A stretch of 64,000 bases of DNA from Harriotta raleighana (taxonomy: Eukaryota): NCBI GenBank assembly GCA_050575255.1, contig JBNZDD010013718.1:1808253-1872252 (forward strand), given 5' to 3'. The notes under the pieces were generated by a model. That model worked only from the letters and a program-made list of their open reading frames with translations, had not been told where the DNA came from and searched no databases. Below, one piece after another: positions 50,559 to 64,000 of the stretch (positions are counted from its first letter, which is position 1; each line of letters opens with the position of its first letter). The translations under genes were made by a program, and so were the position numbers.

Positions 50559-53500
50559 CTGAAAGACAAATAACGTAACCATCACACAATTCTTGCACCG
50601 ACTGCTCTTCTTGAAACACTAGCTGGTACCAATTCACGTAGTCACAAATTGCAGAGCAACAGCATAGTCTGTTGAATTTCAATCACTATTGAAAGTTGTT
50701 TTTTTTGAATATAGGGTGTTGGGGGGGTGCGGGGATGGGTGGGGGTAGTGGGGGGGGAAATGTTTTGAATCGGAAAATGGGAGATCATTTCTGAAGTAAG
50801 TACCTTAAGAAGCGACTGACCAGTGGGAAATAAAGCGCGAATCACCCCCACAAAGATTAATGCGTTAAAAACCCCCCCCATACAAACACACACACACTTC
50901 CAAGAATGGAGCGAAATGAAATACATCAGTTAATGTCCAATTCAGCATGCAGCTCTCATGCCAGTCCTCTAATCGGTCATGGACTGCTGGGTGAATGCTA
51001 CAATATTAATCCAAGGTCAAGAAGTATGCCAACAAAACAAAAGGATTCTTATGATGGATCCAGGGGGCTTCTTATGATGGATCCTGTGGTTTTCAAATTA
51101 GCTTGTCATTTTAAAATCAATCATCGTCCCAATTCTCTCCACTTCTAAAAAAAAATACACACGTGGCATTCAAAAGCTCAAGCTATTTCAACTCAATGCA
51201 GGAAATGTACTTTGTATTATTTCAGAACGTGTGTCAAAATTATTTTACTCCGGATTTTTCGCACACTTCCTGGATTAATCCTGTCTCCTCCTCCATCCCC
51301 CCCTCCCCCCCCACACACGGAATTGAGCTATACGATTAATTTAATTTGCCTATGTATTTACAATCACAACAAATTAAATACAATATCAGAACTAAATCAG
51401 TACCTGAATGCACTATTTGGATTGACAAGTGCACTTTCATAAAAGACTGCTGATAAGTCGATTTGCTATATTGTTCAACAAGGCAATATATGCGAGCAAT
51501 ATGCTTGTAATAACCGATAACTTTGCAAGGCAAAAATGTAGGTGATTATTTCAGAAAGATATTTTCAGGCAAATTGGTTCTCTGTTATTTTGAAAATCGT
51601 TGGATATCTGAATGTGTTTTTTTTTTAAAAATGTTACAACCTCAACTTTAGACCAACATTTTACACCATTGATTACTGCTTGATGGTGCCCTTTGGGATA
51701 TTGGAACATTCAGAGAGAAATTCTCCATGGAAAACAAAAGACCAAAAGAAGTTCTTTGCACATCTGCCCCAAACTAGTGATACCAATTCATATTAACTAG
51801 ACAAATCCTCAGTATAATTAATACAGAAGGGCTGATTTTTTTTTGGCATCTATTATTCAGCTGTTAGTCTAGTTGTCTGGAATAGACAATGGGGGGGGGG
51901 AGAAGGGGTTTCCATTTTGAAATATGGCCTTAAACCTTTCAATTATTCCACATTGCATCCTATTTATTGTAAAGGATGTACTGCAGTAGTAAAATCTGCA
52001 TGACTTCAAAATAAATAATCTGAAAACACACTCTATTAATTTAAGTGTTTGTTTGGAAAAATATTTGCAGCTCAAAAGAACCCATTGTCTTCTCCACAGA
52101 AAATACAGTGAATGGAATTTAAAAATTAATTAGAATTTAAAAATGCTAAGATGAAGTCCTAACCAATCCCCCACACTCCAGGCTGTGGCTGTATCCATCG
52201 TTCAAGTTGACAGAGGCAGTTTGGCAAAGTCGGATTATTTCAAACAAAACAATCTTAAATGAGTAATCAATAAGAGCCGGCAGAAAATGAAACCAATTAC
52301 GATGCTTTCTCCAATGTTTTGTCCTGGACAAGGTTCCATTAAATGGATTGTGCTAACCTGCATGGCTTGAAGCTGAACTAATGGGCATTACTACATATTC
52401 AAATTTACTTTGGGAAGAAGGCGCAAGGCAAAACAGGAAAGGTACGAATTTGACAAACGTATGATGTTGCAACAACAACAATCATGGCAAAAGTTTTCTT
52501 TTACTGAGCAACAAAAACATCTGTAAGATAGTAAGGCTTCAAGGCAGTCTCCTGAAATTTTAATTATCATCTTTGACGCTAAAATGTCTTGCAGACTTGA
52601 GGAGATAATGACAGTCATCCATCAACTACATCCTGCCAGAGTAATCAGGCTAATCTAACTCACTGGAGTAAAAAAAGACAGCAACCTGGGGTACTGAGCA
52701 CTAAGGCACTGTAACATAATAAACAGATGCAAATAAATGACATTCAAGCTCAGAGTTCTTTGATTATCAGCAGCTAAAATAATGCTACCGCATCTTCAGA
52801 TTCAAAAATAAACTTAAACTTTGTTGTAATTATTGGAAACCAACAAACTTGTTATTTCCGCACAAGGTTCATTAAATCCCTCAACTTTCACTGTTGCCAA
52901 AGTACAAAATAGAACAATGGAGCACTGCTCCTCTCTGGCAATTCCCACATCAACTTTGCAGTCGTATCTCCACCAAGCTTGGAAGCAGTCCCATTTTATA
53001 ATGGTTCTGTGGTAACGAGACATGGCCAAAAAGTGAGATGAACTGAGTCTATTGTGGATTCTGCAATCCAACAAGTCAGTACTTCAAGGCACTGGCTCGT
53101 CATCCAGACTTCTGATGATCTGGGTGAAGAGATTTATTTTCCTCCAAAATTTCAAGCAAATTTGCTGAAGTGCCGAGTGGCTATCACTGGACAAGTAGAA
53201 CAATTTCGACAAATCCAACATTAACCCAATGTTAGCTTCTCTCATCCCATCTTTATCTGGTCATCAGCGAGCAAGGGCTGTCTCTCCTACTTCTCTATTA
53301 ACCAACTCTTTTAGTTGGTTTGAGGCAACAAGTGCAAACAACAACAACAACACAACAAGTTACATTTGCACAGCGCTTTCACATCAGGAGGACGTTCCAA
53401 GGTGCTGGCTGGACAGTCAGGACAAATTCAAATGGTAAGCAAGTGTAGATAAAATTAAAGTAAAACCCTTAAGATTTCCGATCAAATCAAATATTTGGTT

Positions 53501-53674
53501 TCTTTCTTAAATCTAAAGATTGATAGGCGCTTTCAACTGGTAGCTTTTCCCAACAGCTGCCATTTGCACGTACAAAGTGGGTTTCAGATCCTATTTTAAC
53601 AGATGCTATAAATATTCCAGAATAAATTGAATGTCACAAATAATCAGTGTCATTTTATTTTGAGACACCACAAG

Positions 53675-54000
53675 TGGGACTAAATAATGCAGTGTGTCAT
53701 AACAGTGTCCTTTCACCGTTGGGACCTAGGTTTGAATCCAGCCTAGACTAACGGGCTGCAAGTCATCTTTCTGATCATTTTAGCATTGCTGTATGAAAGG
53801 AATTCGGGCAGTCTCAAACCGATTCCTTCTGGACATGCTCTCACACCAAACACATAACTGCCCCCAAATTTGTGACAAATGGGACAGTTTCACGGTGGAT
53901 ATGGAAATATCACAACGATAGGGAGTGTTTTTCGGACACAGTGTTTAAAGGCATGCGGTTGGAACAGTGGATAAAGGGAACTTTGCTCCGTATCAAGCCC
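53675..54000 (+). mobile_element. LF-SINE-like element
   Basis: B-box-like ggtttgaatccagcc followed by co-linear blocks resembling the recalled LF-SINE consensus. Confidence 0.6.
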
Positions 54001-54177
54001 TGAATGTATGTCTAGGTTTTGAGTGCATCAAGCTAACCCAGGTTGTCAGAAGGAAAAAGCGTTCCTTTGAAATCAAACGCTTTATTTTCTTAAACATGTT
54101 CATACTAATGTTTTCAACAAGAGTACCCACCGAACAATAGTATAAGAGGTATTTAGACAACAAAACCGTGGACTTAC

Positions 54178-54242
54178 TTGGCACACTGGTATTCCTGCGT
54201 CTCTGCCATATGGTGGCCGCGGACCTCTTTCTGAAACTTTCC
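54178..54242 (-). CDS. TCF12: TCF12 exon 6 equivalent, 65 nt: (G)KVSERGPRPPYGRDAGIPVCQ
   Basis: ttctag acceptor, CAA|gtaagt donor; phase 1 to 0; resembles recalled human [22 protein letters not shown]. Confidence 0.9.
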
Positions 54243-54296
54243 CTAGAAGTGAAAACAAAATCATTGATAGGATTGTATAGAAACTGGAAAACGCTC

Positions 54297-54411
54297 ATAA
54301 TAATAATAATAATCCTTGCATTTGATATAGAGCTTTTCACATCTTCTAGATGTCTCAAAGCACCTCACCAGAATATACTGTAAACTGAATTGATTGTATA
54401 TTTATGGGCGA
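54297..54411 (-). mobile_element. SINE 3' fragment next to the exon 6 acceptor
   Basis: (aat)n ccttgcatttgatatagagcttttcacatc...gaatatactgtaaa. Confidence 0.85.
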
Positions 54412-54422
54412 AATATTTGGAA

Positions 54423-54543
54423 AGGGAAAGTATGAGAGAGAGAATGGTGACTGGGGACTGAATGGATTGCTCTTTCTGGCAGGCAGTGCAGACACAATGG
54501 GTTGAATGACCTCCTTCCGTGCTGTACATTTATATGACTCTAT
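54423..54543 (+). mobile_element. CR1-like LINE 3' tail
   Basis: ggattgctctttc...acacaatgggttgaatgacctccttccgtgctgtac...atgactctat. Confidence 0.65.
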
Positions 54544-54817
54544 AAGCCACTCTTTATTGGCAATTATCTTGAAATGTAATTGAAAATTAAACACGCATGA
54601 AAATGAAAACTTGTTTTCTTAAAAAAAAGTTGAAGGACGAAAAAATCATCACTAGTGTATGTCAAGCAACCATATATTTTGTTGAGAATTAAGCTAGTTT
54701 ACAAAAATAGCTGAATAAATCTAGGCGTTTAATTGAATTCAGTAGTTCAGAAACTGAGCTTCTTAGCAATGCAACAATGGTGCCTTCGTCATCCACTGGA
54801 AAACAATACATTCATGT

Positions 54818-54911
54818 AACAATAATAATAATAATCCTTTCATTTGATACAATGCCTGATCACATCTTCGGAGACTTCTCACAGAATATACTATAAAGTA
54901 AATTGATTGCA
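54818..54911 (-). mobile_element. SINE 3' fragment
   Basis: (aat)n cctttcatttgata...cacagaatatactataaag. Confidence 0.75.
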
Positions 54912-55037
54912 TTTTTAAAAAAAAAAACGATTAAATCAGAAACCACTTAAACATTTTTTTTAATTTCAGTTTCTTATTACAGTGTTATCAGTACAGCAAT
55001 TTACAACTGCAGAAACGTAGATTTTTTAAAAATCAAT

Positions 55038-55345
55038 GTAATAATAGTAATCCTTCCTTTGGTATAGCGCTTTTCACATCCTCTAGATGTCTCAAAGCAC
55101 TTCACAGAAAATACTGTAAAGTGAATTGAGTGTATATTTGTAGGCGAAACATGGCAGCCAATTGTGCACAGCAGCGTCCCCCAAACAGTCGTGGATTGAA
55201 ATTACCAATTTTTTTTTATATAAAAGGGACTACTATTAGGCGTGTGGAGTAAAGAAACTTGACCAAGTTTTCGACCTGCCTGGGAACGAACCCCAGGTCT
55301 CTTGCTTGTAAGGTGAATGCTCTAACCACTGAGCTACAGGAACCC
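55038..55345 (-). mobile_element. Full-length tRNA-derived SINE
   Basis: Co-linear with the 5547-5875 copy, including the tRNA-like head. Confidence 0.9.
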
Positions 55346-58300
55346 ACAATGTAATTCAGTAGTCACAACACATACATCTTCATTTGGTCGACTGGTATAC
55401 TTATTGCAGAAGTGGATGGCTCTTTAATTCACAAGTATATCAGCACCGAATGCCATCTTATCCCATTAACTACACCTGACTGAAGTATTAACATTTTGTG
55501 GCTTTTTTTTTTGTAGTGGATATAAAACGCTTCAATGCAGCACGGTCAAATTACGATTTGTATATACTGTACAGGCATACTCTCAACACTGTGAACACCT
55601 GCTCTTGCTAACTGACATCCCAGCGATTCAAGGCAAACCACATAAATAGTTTTACTGTGTTATAAAGACATCCGTATTTCCCGTCCGTGCAACCGAGTGC
55701 ATGTGTTTCTGCACTTTCCTTTGTTTTGTTTCAATATTTTTTTAAAAATACTCGTATGTCTTGTAAATATCCAGCAATTGTTTCCGGCATAGTCAGCTTG
55801 ATCTTGTTTCTGATACACATTACAATACATTCGCTTTCTCACCTCAACTGCACTTGTCACTGGGTGAGCCGGCGGTGGGGTTGTGTGGGGGAGAGGGGGG
55901 AAGGGAGGAGGGGAGGAGGGGAGGAGGGGAGGTGTAAGTGGGGTCTGAAGTGGCTCCAAGGTGACATGTTTGCCAATGAAAAGTCGGAATCGAGCCAAAT
56001 TTCTGTGGCGATCTCAACAGGCGGGAATTGGAGGGACCAGCAACTGGGGATAAGGCATCATCCCACTCGGCTGACCCAAAAAACTGTATTTCACAGCAGA
56101 TAAATAAAAAGAATTCACAAACCAGTCATTCGTCACAATCCTGTCAAAAGTTTTGACATGTTTTGAAGCTGTTTTCCTTCTCTCCCCACCCGCTGCCCCC
56201 GTAACAAAAAAAACCCACTTCATTTAAGCACTCCCTGGAATGCACAATTTTGTATTTGATTCCATCCTGTTTATACAGAAGGAACTTTATTGCAATGTGG
56301 TTCTCTGGGTCCAACAGCTCAGAGGCAGTGTTTCAAAAGAGGTGGGTTTAAAACGAAACAGACAGCTTCCAAGATGAGTATGACATCATCTCCTAGATGC
56401 AATTTCTTGAACATAGCACATGTGCAGCAACCAGACAACTTGCAACCTAAAGATCGGACTTTTTTTTTGAGCTCTGGAAGCCAGCTAGTCATCACCAGAA
56501 GCCAGATTGATCTAATTAGCTTGGGATCCACAGAAACCCAGAGCTGTACGTGATGCCGTGCTATATCTGATGTGCTTAAATCACATTTCCCTGTACTATT
56601 CTAAGGTAACCACTAATTCTCAAGAAACCTACTTAAGCACTTTGGCATGAAAAGGCTATCAAACACAAAGTAAATGTGCTGTTAGCAAAATAAATTGCAA
56701 CACGAATCATTTTGCTCACATTAACTAGAATCAGCAATTTTCCCACGAGAATAAATTTTGTACAAGATAAACGGAAGGATATTTTTGGTCGCCACTATGT
56801 AAATATACGAGGAAGTCTTAAAAAAAAAGATAAATATTTTAGCGATTACATTGGTGTTTGCTGTCAAATGTTTTACAAATCATGGCAACTGTTTTATTCA
56901 TTTGTAAGACGACTCGCCGCATTTTTCTGAGCAACCAAACAAGGTGATTAAGCCAACAGCTGACAGGATACAGATTACAAGTCAACAAAAGTTCAGAGCA
57001 AAAAAAATGAAAGGCCCGGCAATATAAAAGTGTATTCGCCACCATGTTGTGTTTATTAGACAGGCATCTTATAAACAAAGTAATGCATTTACTAGCACAA
57101 GCTTTCAAGCCCGCTCAAAAGATTTACACAGATTTCTGTTAAGATTAACGATAAACATCATGTTACCAAATATAGGATTTGGAACACGATAGAGTAACTA
57201 CGTATATACTGTCATACGGGTCAAATATTGTTTTACGCAGAACATAAAATACGCCAACTTGCATTGTGTCACAATTGAAATCACTGCCTGCGCTCCATAT
57301 ATAAGAAACACCTCCGATGTCAATGGGAGTGATAATACGTGCTTTAAGTATATCCACATTCATTTAAGTGTGTGTGGAGATGATGGGGGAATGGGGGGGG
57401 AGATAGGAGGAAGTTTATTGTGTAAAGTAATGGGAGTTTCCAGATTGCCCCCAATTACCACTGGATTTGCAACTTATGCTTGTGTTTAACTCTGTGTGTG
57501 TGTGTGTGTGCCTCTATGTGTGTATGTGTCTGTGTATATATATATATGTGCTTGGAGAATCTGCCCTCTGACCCTGTTCACCTGTTGGACCTGGTCACAC
57601 TCCGCCACTTGCTGTTGCAAAATAGGGTCAAAATAAGAAGCGGAAGCCACAAGATCGCTCATCTGAACAAATAAATTCAGCCGCAGAGGCTGGAAGGTTT
57701 AAACACAGGCTAGAGGCAGCTGCTCCTCTTACCATACAAAGAATTAATGCAACTTTTCACTTTTCAAGTCTGCAAATCCATAAAACAAAATGTTTCGAGA
57801 AGCCACTAGTTAGTTGAATTGAGGAAAAGGGATTTAACTGCCACTATCACTTCCTTCTGTGGTTCAAGTTTGGCAGAAATCATTTTTCTGGTTTATTTTG
57901 GTGCATAAAGGAATTAGCATGGTTTGCCTCAACAATTACAGGATTAGTATTAACGTATCATGGACTTTTATTACCTTGCTTGACACTCACTTTCACTCTT
58001 CCCAAATACAACTTCTAAAATGAATAAACCTCACGGAAAACATGTATATGGCAAGGCAAAAAGCTATTTTATTTATCACGATCAGATGTATCATTTGAGA
58101 TGCTGTCTCTTGTATGCAAACAAAAAAATTCACATTTTTAACCAAAACAGTAGCTTTTTATTTAGTAAATCAGACATAATTAGCCGTTTAAAAGGAATCA
58201 TGTAGGAACCAGCAACACACAAAATCGAATGCATCAATCTCTTTCTAAAAACATGGGGAAGGGCGGGGGGTGAATTTCAACCACTCCTCTGAAGATTGAA

Positions 58301-58603
58301 CACAAATATTAAAGCAATAAATATGGTACATTGAGGGGGAAAATTGACACTTGAAAAATCAGCATTTTCCTCTCACCAACAGTTCTATGCTAAATCCAAA
58401 CAATGCTGTGCTACAAATATGTTTAAAAGTTTGTAAAGCTTGCTGCAATCAAAGCAACTGTGTGACATCACCTGTACTTCCAAATACAGTACCATATAAA
58501 TCTGCCGATTTACAAATTGAGTATTTACCAGCATCATATTTCAGAAATGCGATGCATACGAACTAAAAAAAACTTTTGTGAATGCTAGATTTGCATTTAT
58601 TCT

Positions 58604-58770
58604 TAATAATGATAATCATCCTTGCATTTGATAAATTTGTGGGTGAAACGTGGTAGCCAATTGCGCACGGCAGAGTCCCCACAAACAGTCGTGCGTTGAA
58701 TTGACCAATTTTATTATTATGTGTTTTTTGGGTGAGGTTTTATTATTAGGAATGTGGAGTAAGGAAACTC
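58604..58770 (-). mobile_element. SINE, partial with internal deletion
   Basis: ccttgcatttgata...gccaattgcgcacggcag...gtggagtaaggaaact. Confidence 0.82.
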
Positions 58771-61700
58771 GAGTCTTCAATTTGTATTGCCAATAAATAT
58801 TCCAAACTCAATCTGACTGCAATGAAGAGGTTAACTTTCCCATGCCAGTAAGCACAGCTGCTGGACTAATACACCCTCCACCCAACCTATTTGAGCCAAA
58901 TTACTCATTCAGCTATTAACAATGGGAAAGCAGCACAGGAAAAACGCCAAGTACAACACACAGCAAGATTAGTAATAAACTAAGACATCCCTACAGAGGT
59001 CGGTGATCTGTAATCACGACTTTAACCTAACCATTACCTCATCATACTCCACACTCCATCTTAGCTCCATTCTACCCTGTGTGTCTACAGTTTTTAAATA
59101 TCAAGGGTTGCTAAAAGAAAAAAAAGGTGATTTTTGGCCATACACAATCGAGAAAATGCCCATTGAAGGCTAACTCAAGTGGATTTTATTCAAATGAAGA
59201 TTTTAACCCTGACGTGAAAGGCGCTCTATAAATGTAATTTTGTTTATTGTGTTTGTTTGTGTTAAGTTTCAAATAAATCAGTCAGGCAGAAATCTGACAA
59301 AAAGTTGAAAGAAACCAGATGTGCAAAACCAAATTCCATTCGCTTAGCATCAGAGCGACTTCTAAGAGTGTTTACAATAATGCTGGAAGCTTTTGTATTT
59401 GCAATGCAACATACACAAATGCATCTGGCTCATGCTACAATTGTGTGATATCTTTCTGCAATAACCTTGTACATTTTTTTAAAACACTATCTTAGCATTT
59501 TTATAAAATGCCAACATGTTAAGAGCCAGTTTACACGGTGTTTTCACACATTGTATTACCATCTATCCAGATTCATTAAAATTTCCACTAAATCTAAATT
59601 CAAAATTCCACCAGCATTTTGTTTGTCAGGTGATGGTAAATGCAGCTGAAAGCAATACTGTATACTATACTCAAAACTGCATCTTAAAAGGTGGCATTGC
59701 ACTTAAGCAAGTCTTGAAAAACTAAACACGCGAGGTGTAGTTATTTAACGTACTACACTTTTATGTAGTTTATACCATTTTTAAAAACAGTTCCGTTCTA
59801 ATCACTGTTGCTTTCTGCTTTTGAAAAGCTTTTTTCCTATCAATCATAACACACATTACCACCATAGATCACGTTCTTGGTGAATTCACAACATCACAAT
59901 AGAGGTAAATTGAGAGGGTCCAATTATTTGGTCAGCATTTCCTACACAATCAGTTAATGAGTTAAGACAGAGCACAGTTCTTGAAGTACCACTTAACAGA
60001 ACAAAATGACATATCCTTGACATATCCTGAAGTTGCCAAAATAAAAATTCTACTGCAACGTGAAAAGTTGTTTCAAATCTCATCTAACAGTTAATCATCT
60101 TTGCTCAGCCTGATAATACTGTCACTCCTGCTTCAAGCAAGGAAATAGACAGGCTTCAAGTCCGCGCTCATCATCTAGGATCCTTTGCGTTCCTCTCTAA
60201 AAAAAAACCTAACATCTGATATTATTCAGAATCTCTGGAGAAACAGCTGGCTAAATGAATGATGCGACCGCTCTCAGTGGGAAAACATGAAATGATTTCA
60301 CATGCGTTTTACATAGATTCTACCAAACTGTGTTAGACAGTCAAGTTTATTTGAGCAGCCCTACGATTAGAATTCAACTATTATTGGATGGTGAACAATA
60401 TCTTTACAATGCAGTTTTTGCTTGTTCATTTAAATAGTGGCCCACTAGATTTTCGTTTCTTCCTTTGTGGGCAGTGTGTGTGAAGACACACGAAGCATTA
60501 TATTTCTCAACAGCCATAAGGAAAGCCATTTAGCGCTCTGAGACGCTGCCCGGCATGGAGGGTGCTATATAAACCCAAGTTGTTGTTGTTGTTGAAAGAG
60601 AAGGTAAGCTAAGTGGCTCCAAATTTGCGATATGAACTGATCAAGAAAACTCCACTTCCAAGATTCTAAGTTGGTTACTGAGAATTGAAAATAGCACATA
60701 CTTTATCGTAAAACAAATCTGATCAAAGACTTTCCCTCAAACGTAGTAAATTTAATCATACTGTACATCCCGGAAGTTGCCTAGAAATGGCGCGAGTGGA
60801 TGTCAGGTAATGGAAGAAATTCAAGTAAATGACTTTCTGCTGTACACCTTCAATGAATGAAGAGTATTTTGAAATCAAAATTATTTCCTCTAAACTGTTC
60901 CTTTTAACATAACAAGTTCATGTTTGCTTCTTACCTCCTCTCCTGGAGGCAATTGACTTATTTTCATTCCACAGGGAAACTTTTCCAGACACTAAATACC
61001 CTCCAATACATCTCCCGAGTGTTTTTTTTTGACATGATCCTTGACACAAAGAGTTGACAGGTTATTCCACCTTGGATGGACATCACAGCTGAACCCAAAT
61101 CTGTTATCATCCAATGTTTGCAAACATGGGAGTCTCTTGATAAGAATCAGCTGGGTCATTTCCCACTCCATAACCCAGGGGCACTGAGGGTAATTGTAAG
61201 TGACCCACACAGACTGCACTGGCTGAAACCAACTATTTGTGATTCAAACCTGCTGTAAAGACAGAATGTTGTGTTCAGTATGGGTGTTGTGTCCTTATCC
61301 CCTTGGCCTCATTGGAACTTCTCTTTCTTTTTAATGACACTGTTTTAAATACCGTAAGTTGGCTTTTTGGGGGGAAGTTTTTGCTTGTTTAACCCTACTG
61401 CATACTTTAAATCTATTTAGATTACACATGCATATTTAACAATATGTTTTTAAAAACCTACATTACCACAGCAAGGCAATTGCTACTAATGTATAAATAG
61501 CAATATACATTTTCCTCTAAAACAAATTTGATTATACTTTTCCAAGAAACACATTCCAGCGCTAAAACACTCGGACACAAGTGAATTTACTTGCAGCGAA
61601 ACAGCCAACTAGCTAGCTATCCAACATCTTCCCATCTGTGGAATACATCGAAACTTTCCTTTCCTTTGAGAGAGGGAGAAAGAGAGAGTGGGAAGGAAGG

Positions 61701-62699
61701 AAAATAAATCTATTGGTATGTACATATGGAAATAACCTGCATCCCTTCCTTCGAACCAGCATTCCCTGACCAGAATGAATTATGGTGAAGCTAGAGGCGA
61801 AATTGTATCCACACACGACAATCCATTATCCTTGTTCAAGTTAATGTTCCATGTTGAGCCAGATGGCACAGTACACATTCAACAAAGGAAATTTCTCAAA
61901 CTTGTTACAATCAGCGCTCATAGTCATCCAAAACACTGACACAAACAGCTTTATTGTGTTTTGTGACTATCCATGGCAATAAGAGAAAACGGAACAGGAA
62001 AGGGGAAGGAATCGTGTAGCGAAACTGGGTTAAAAAAAATGCAGATGGTTCATATTATAACTAGATGCATTAAGTGCATTAGACACATTCTATGATTCCA
62101 AGAAACTGAGAGTTAATAGCGATAGTAACTGACTAATGCAGAGCGTTTGTGACTTCTAGCCAGATTTGCTAAGGATTGTAAAATAAAGGTTAAACTAGTT
62201 TTAATTTGGTTGGCAAGGATTGTTGTGCAATTAAGTGTTTTTTTTCCAAAGGATGTTTTATATTTTATCTACAGCGAATGAACCACACCTAATCAAGTTA
62301 TACAAATGCTCATAACTAGAGAACAGCAAAAGAATTTCTGGCAGTTTGGAGTTTCACAGCAACAGTCCATTTACGAGCGAGTGGAAACTGACCCCGTACA
62401 ATAAAAGCAATATGTACATGCAAACCAATCAAACTATTTGAAATAAACTAATATTTCAAACACATTTCTCCTGAAATTTAAGACGCATATTTTAATGACT
62501 AGGAATTTGCAAGTGATCCGCCATGGTTATTTTATTTGCAGGTCAAAGATAACATTAAGAAGGCCCTGAAGTCTAGCGTACCTAGTAGCAGACCTCACAT
62601 CAAGCATATCTGGAAATACAACTAGAGCAGAACTTCATTTCAGCCCCCGCAGTGACAACAATAAAACGCTGAGAAAACACACGATCAAATCCTGATCTC

Positions 62700-62945
62700 A
62701 GCATCAATTTCTGTTAATTACAGCCTTGTCAGCAACACGATTATTCAAACTGCTCATGCAAATGTTAATGAGTCCTTATTTGCATATTTATTTTTTCCTT
62801 TGTTGAAATGTCATTGATTATTACATTCTATGATGATGAATGCGGCTGCTGATATGCTGTGATATGTAATTAGTCATTAGGTGGAATGAATAGATCAATT
62901 ATGAGGATGGACCAGGATTAAGCAATACTGTATAAAGCAAGGAAC
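62700..62945. promoter_or_regulatory. Candidate conserved intronic enhancer (intron 5)
   Basis: Inverted octamer pair ATGCAAAT (62756-62763) and ATTTGCAT (62778-62785), Sox-like CTTTGTT, several TAAT cores; no repeat similarity seen. Confidence 0.45.
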
Positions 62946-63784
62946 GCGCCTGGCATCCCCAAATATCTTTTTAAACGACGGCCAGCGATCCAAAGTACGT
63001 CGCACCCATCTCCTTCCCCGGCGAAACTTATTGCGGAGAATAAAAAAAAACTTCAATTTCGGTTACGAAAATCACCACGGAAACGGTAATTCTAAAACCA
63101 CAGATTTTTTCCCCCCCCCCCATCCCCTCCCATCTTGGCCGGTGGACGAGCAGAGTTTAGAATTTGAATATCTCTGGTCCTGCCATGCCATAAAATTGCT
63201 TCCCAGACCATCAGACTGCCATTACTTTGCCGTACGAGTAATGCAAATAAAACAAGGCCTGGACCTTTCCAGAGAGCTGCTGCGCTGTTTCAAGGAAAAG
63301 ACTAATTTGGCCTTTGGAGCCTTCTCACTGTTACTATCCTCCAGCCAACACAAGCTACTCCCCGCCGCCGCCGAGGACGACGACAAAAAAAAAAACACAT
63401 TACTGCAGACCAGATGGGAACATTCCACATGACTAAACCAATCAATCACCTCAGTGGGGCGCAGGTGCAACACAGCCGTACAGCAACACACCATTTCACA
63501 GTCTATCGGGCACAAACACATGGTCACCAATCAATGGCACCCCGAGGACCTGAGAAAGAGGGAGGCTCTCTCTCTCGAGTTTTACTGGTCCATGCCTGAT
63601 GACTTCATAATCACACATCATTTCATTCACTGGAGGATACAACCCAGCAAACTAATAACCTTCCACTGGAAACGGTCATGTTGTGCATATTAATAAAGTA
63701 CTGTACTGATGAGAGCAAAGCAATTTACTGTATACATTGTAATCGAAACCGCAGCACGCAAGAGCGGCTGCAACATCAGCCTGA

Positions 63785-63901
63785 AGCAGCACGCCCACAA
63801 ATAATACAGTCAATTCACTTTACAGTATATTCTGTGAAGCGCTTTGGGACGTTGATAAGATGTGAAAAGCGCTATATCGAATGCAAGGATTATTATTATT
63901 A
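63785..63901 (+). mobile_element. SINE 3' fragment
   Basis: cacaaataatacagtcaattcactttacag...gaatgcaaggattattattatt. Confidence 0.87.
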
Positions 63902-64000
63902 TATACTGCTCCCGAGCTCGGTGGGGGAGGAGGGTTTATTCCATTCACTCTATTATTATCGCGTAAAATCTCAGTTCGGCGTTAAATCGCCTTTTGAAAA

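Noticed and set aside
60935-60967. ATG...GAG|gtaaga mini-exon (MKISQLPPGEE)
   Set aside because: Phase 0 does not fit exon 6 (phase 1); no homology support; expected by chance
62825-62855. C/D-box-like ATGATGA...CTGA
   Set aside because: Boxes too close for a snoRNA, antisense to the host gene, no terminal stem

Overview
Vertebrate genomic DNA (AT-rich, intron-dominated) carrying the 3' part of TCF12 (HEB, class I bHLH E-protein) on the minus strand. I could place 15 canonical coding exons (equivalent to human exons 6-20, numbering from memory), the HEBAlt alternative first exon, the 72-nt ankyrin-like cassette exon and a ~2.65 kb non-coding last exon ending at a poly(A) signal near 4580. 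Splice sites and phases chain consistently from 54242 to the stop at 8714; the 5' exons lie beyond the window. The repeat content (tRNA-headed Deu/L2-tailed SINEs, L2 and CR1 remnants, an LF-SINE-like element) suggests a cartilaginous fish such as elephant shark, but that is inference. Almost all other ORFs in the track are spurious, and two N-joined duplications look like assembly artefacts. I found no new multi-gene system. The best leads are: a (His-Ser-Ala-Ala)8 expansion in the HEB C-terminus; a non-SINE inverted pair bracketing exons 17-19 (including the bHLH exon); inverted SINEs bracketing exons 6-8; a GC-AG intron with a competing stop-introducing GT donor; and three miRNA seed matches packed on the poly(A) signal. 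Comparisons with human TCF12 and repeat consensi are recalled, not computed.
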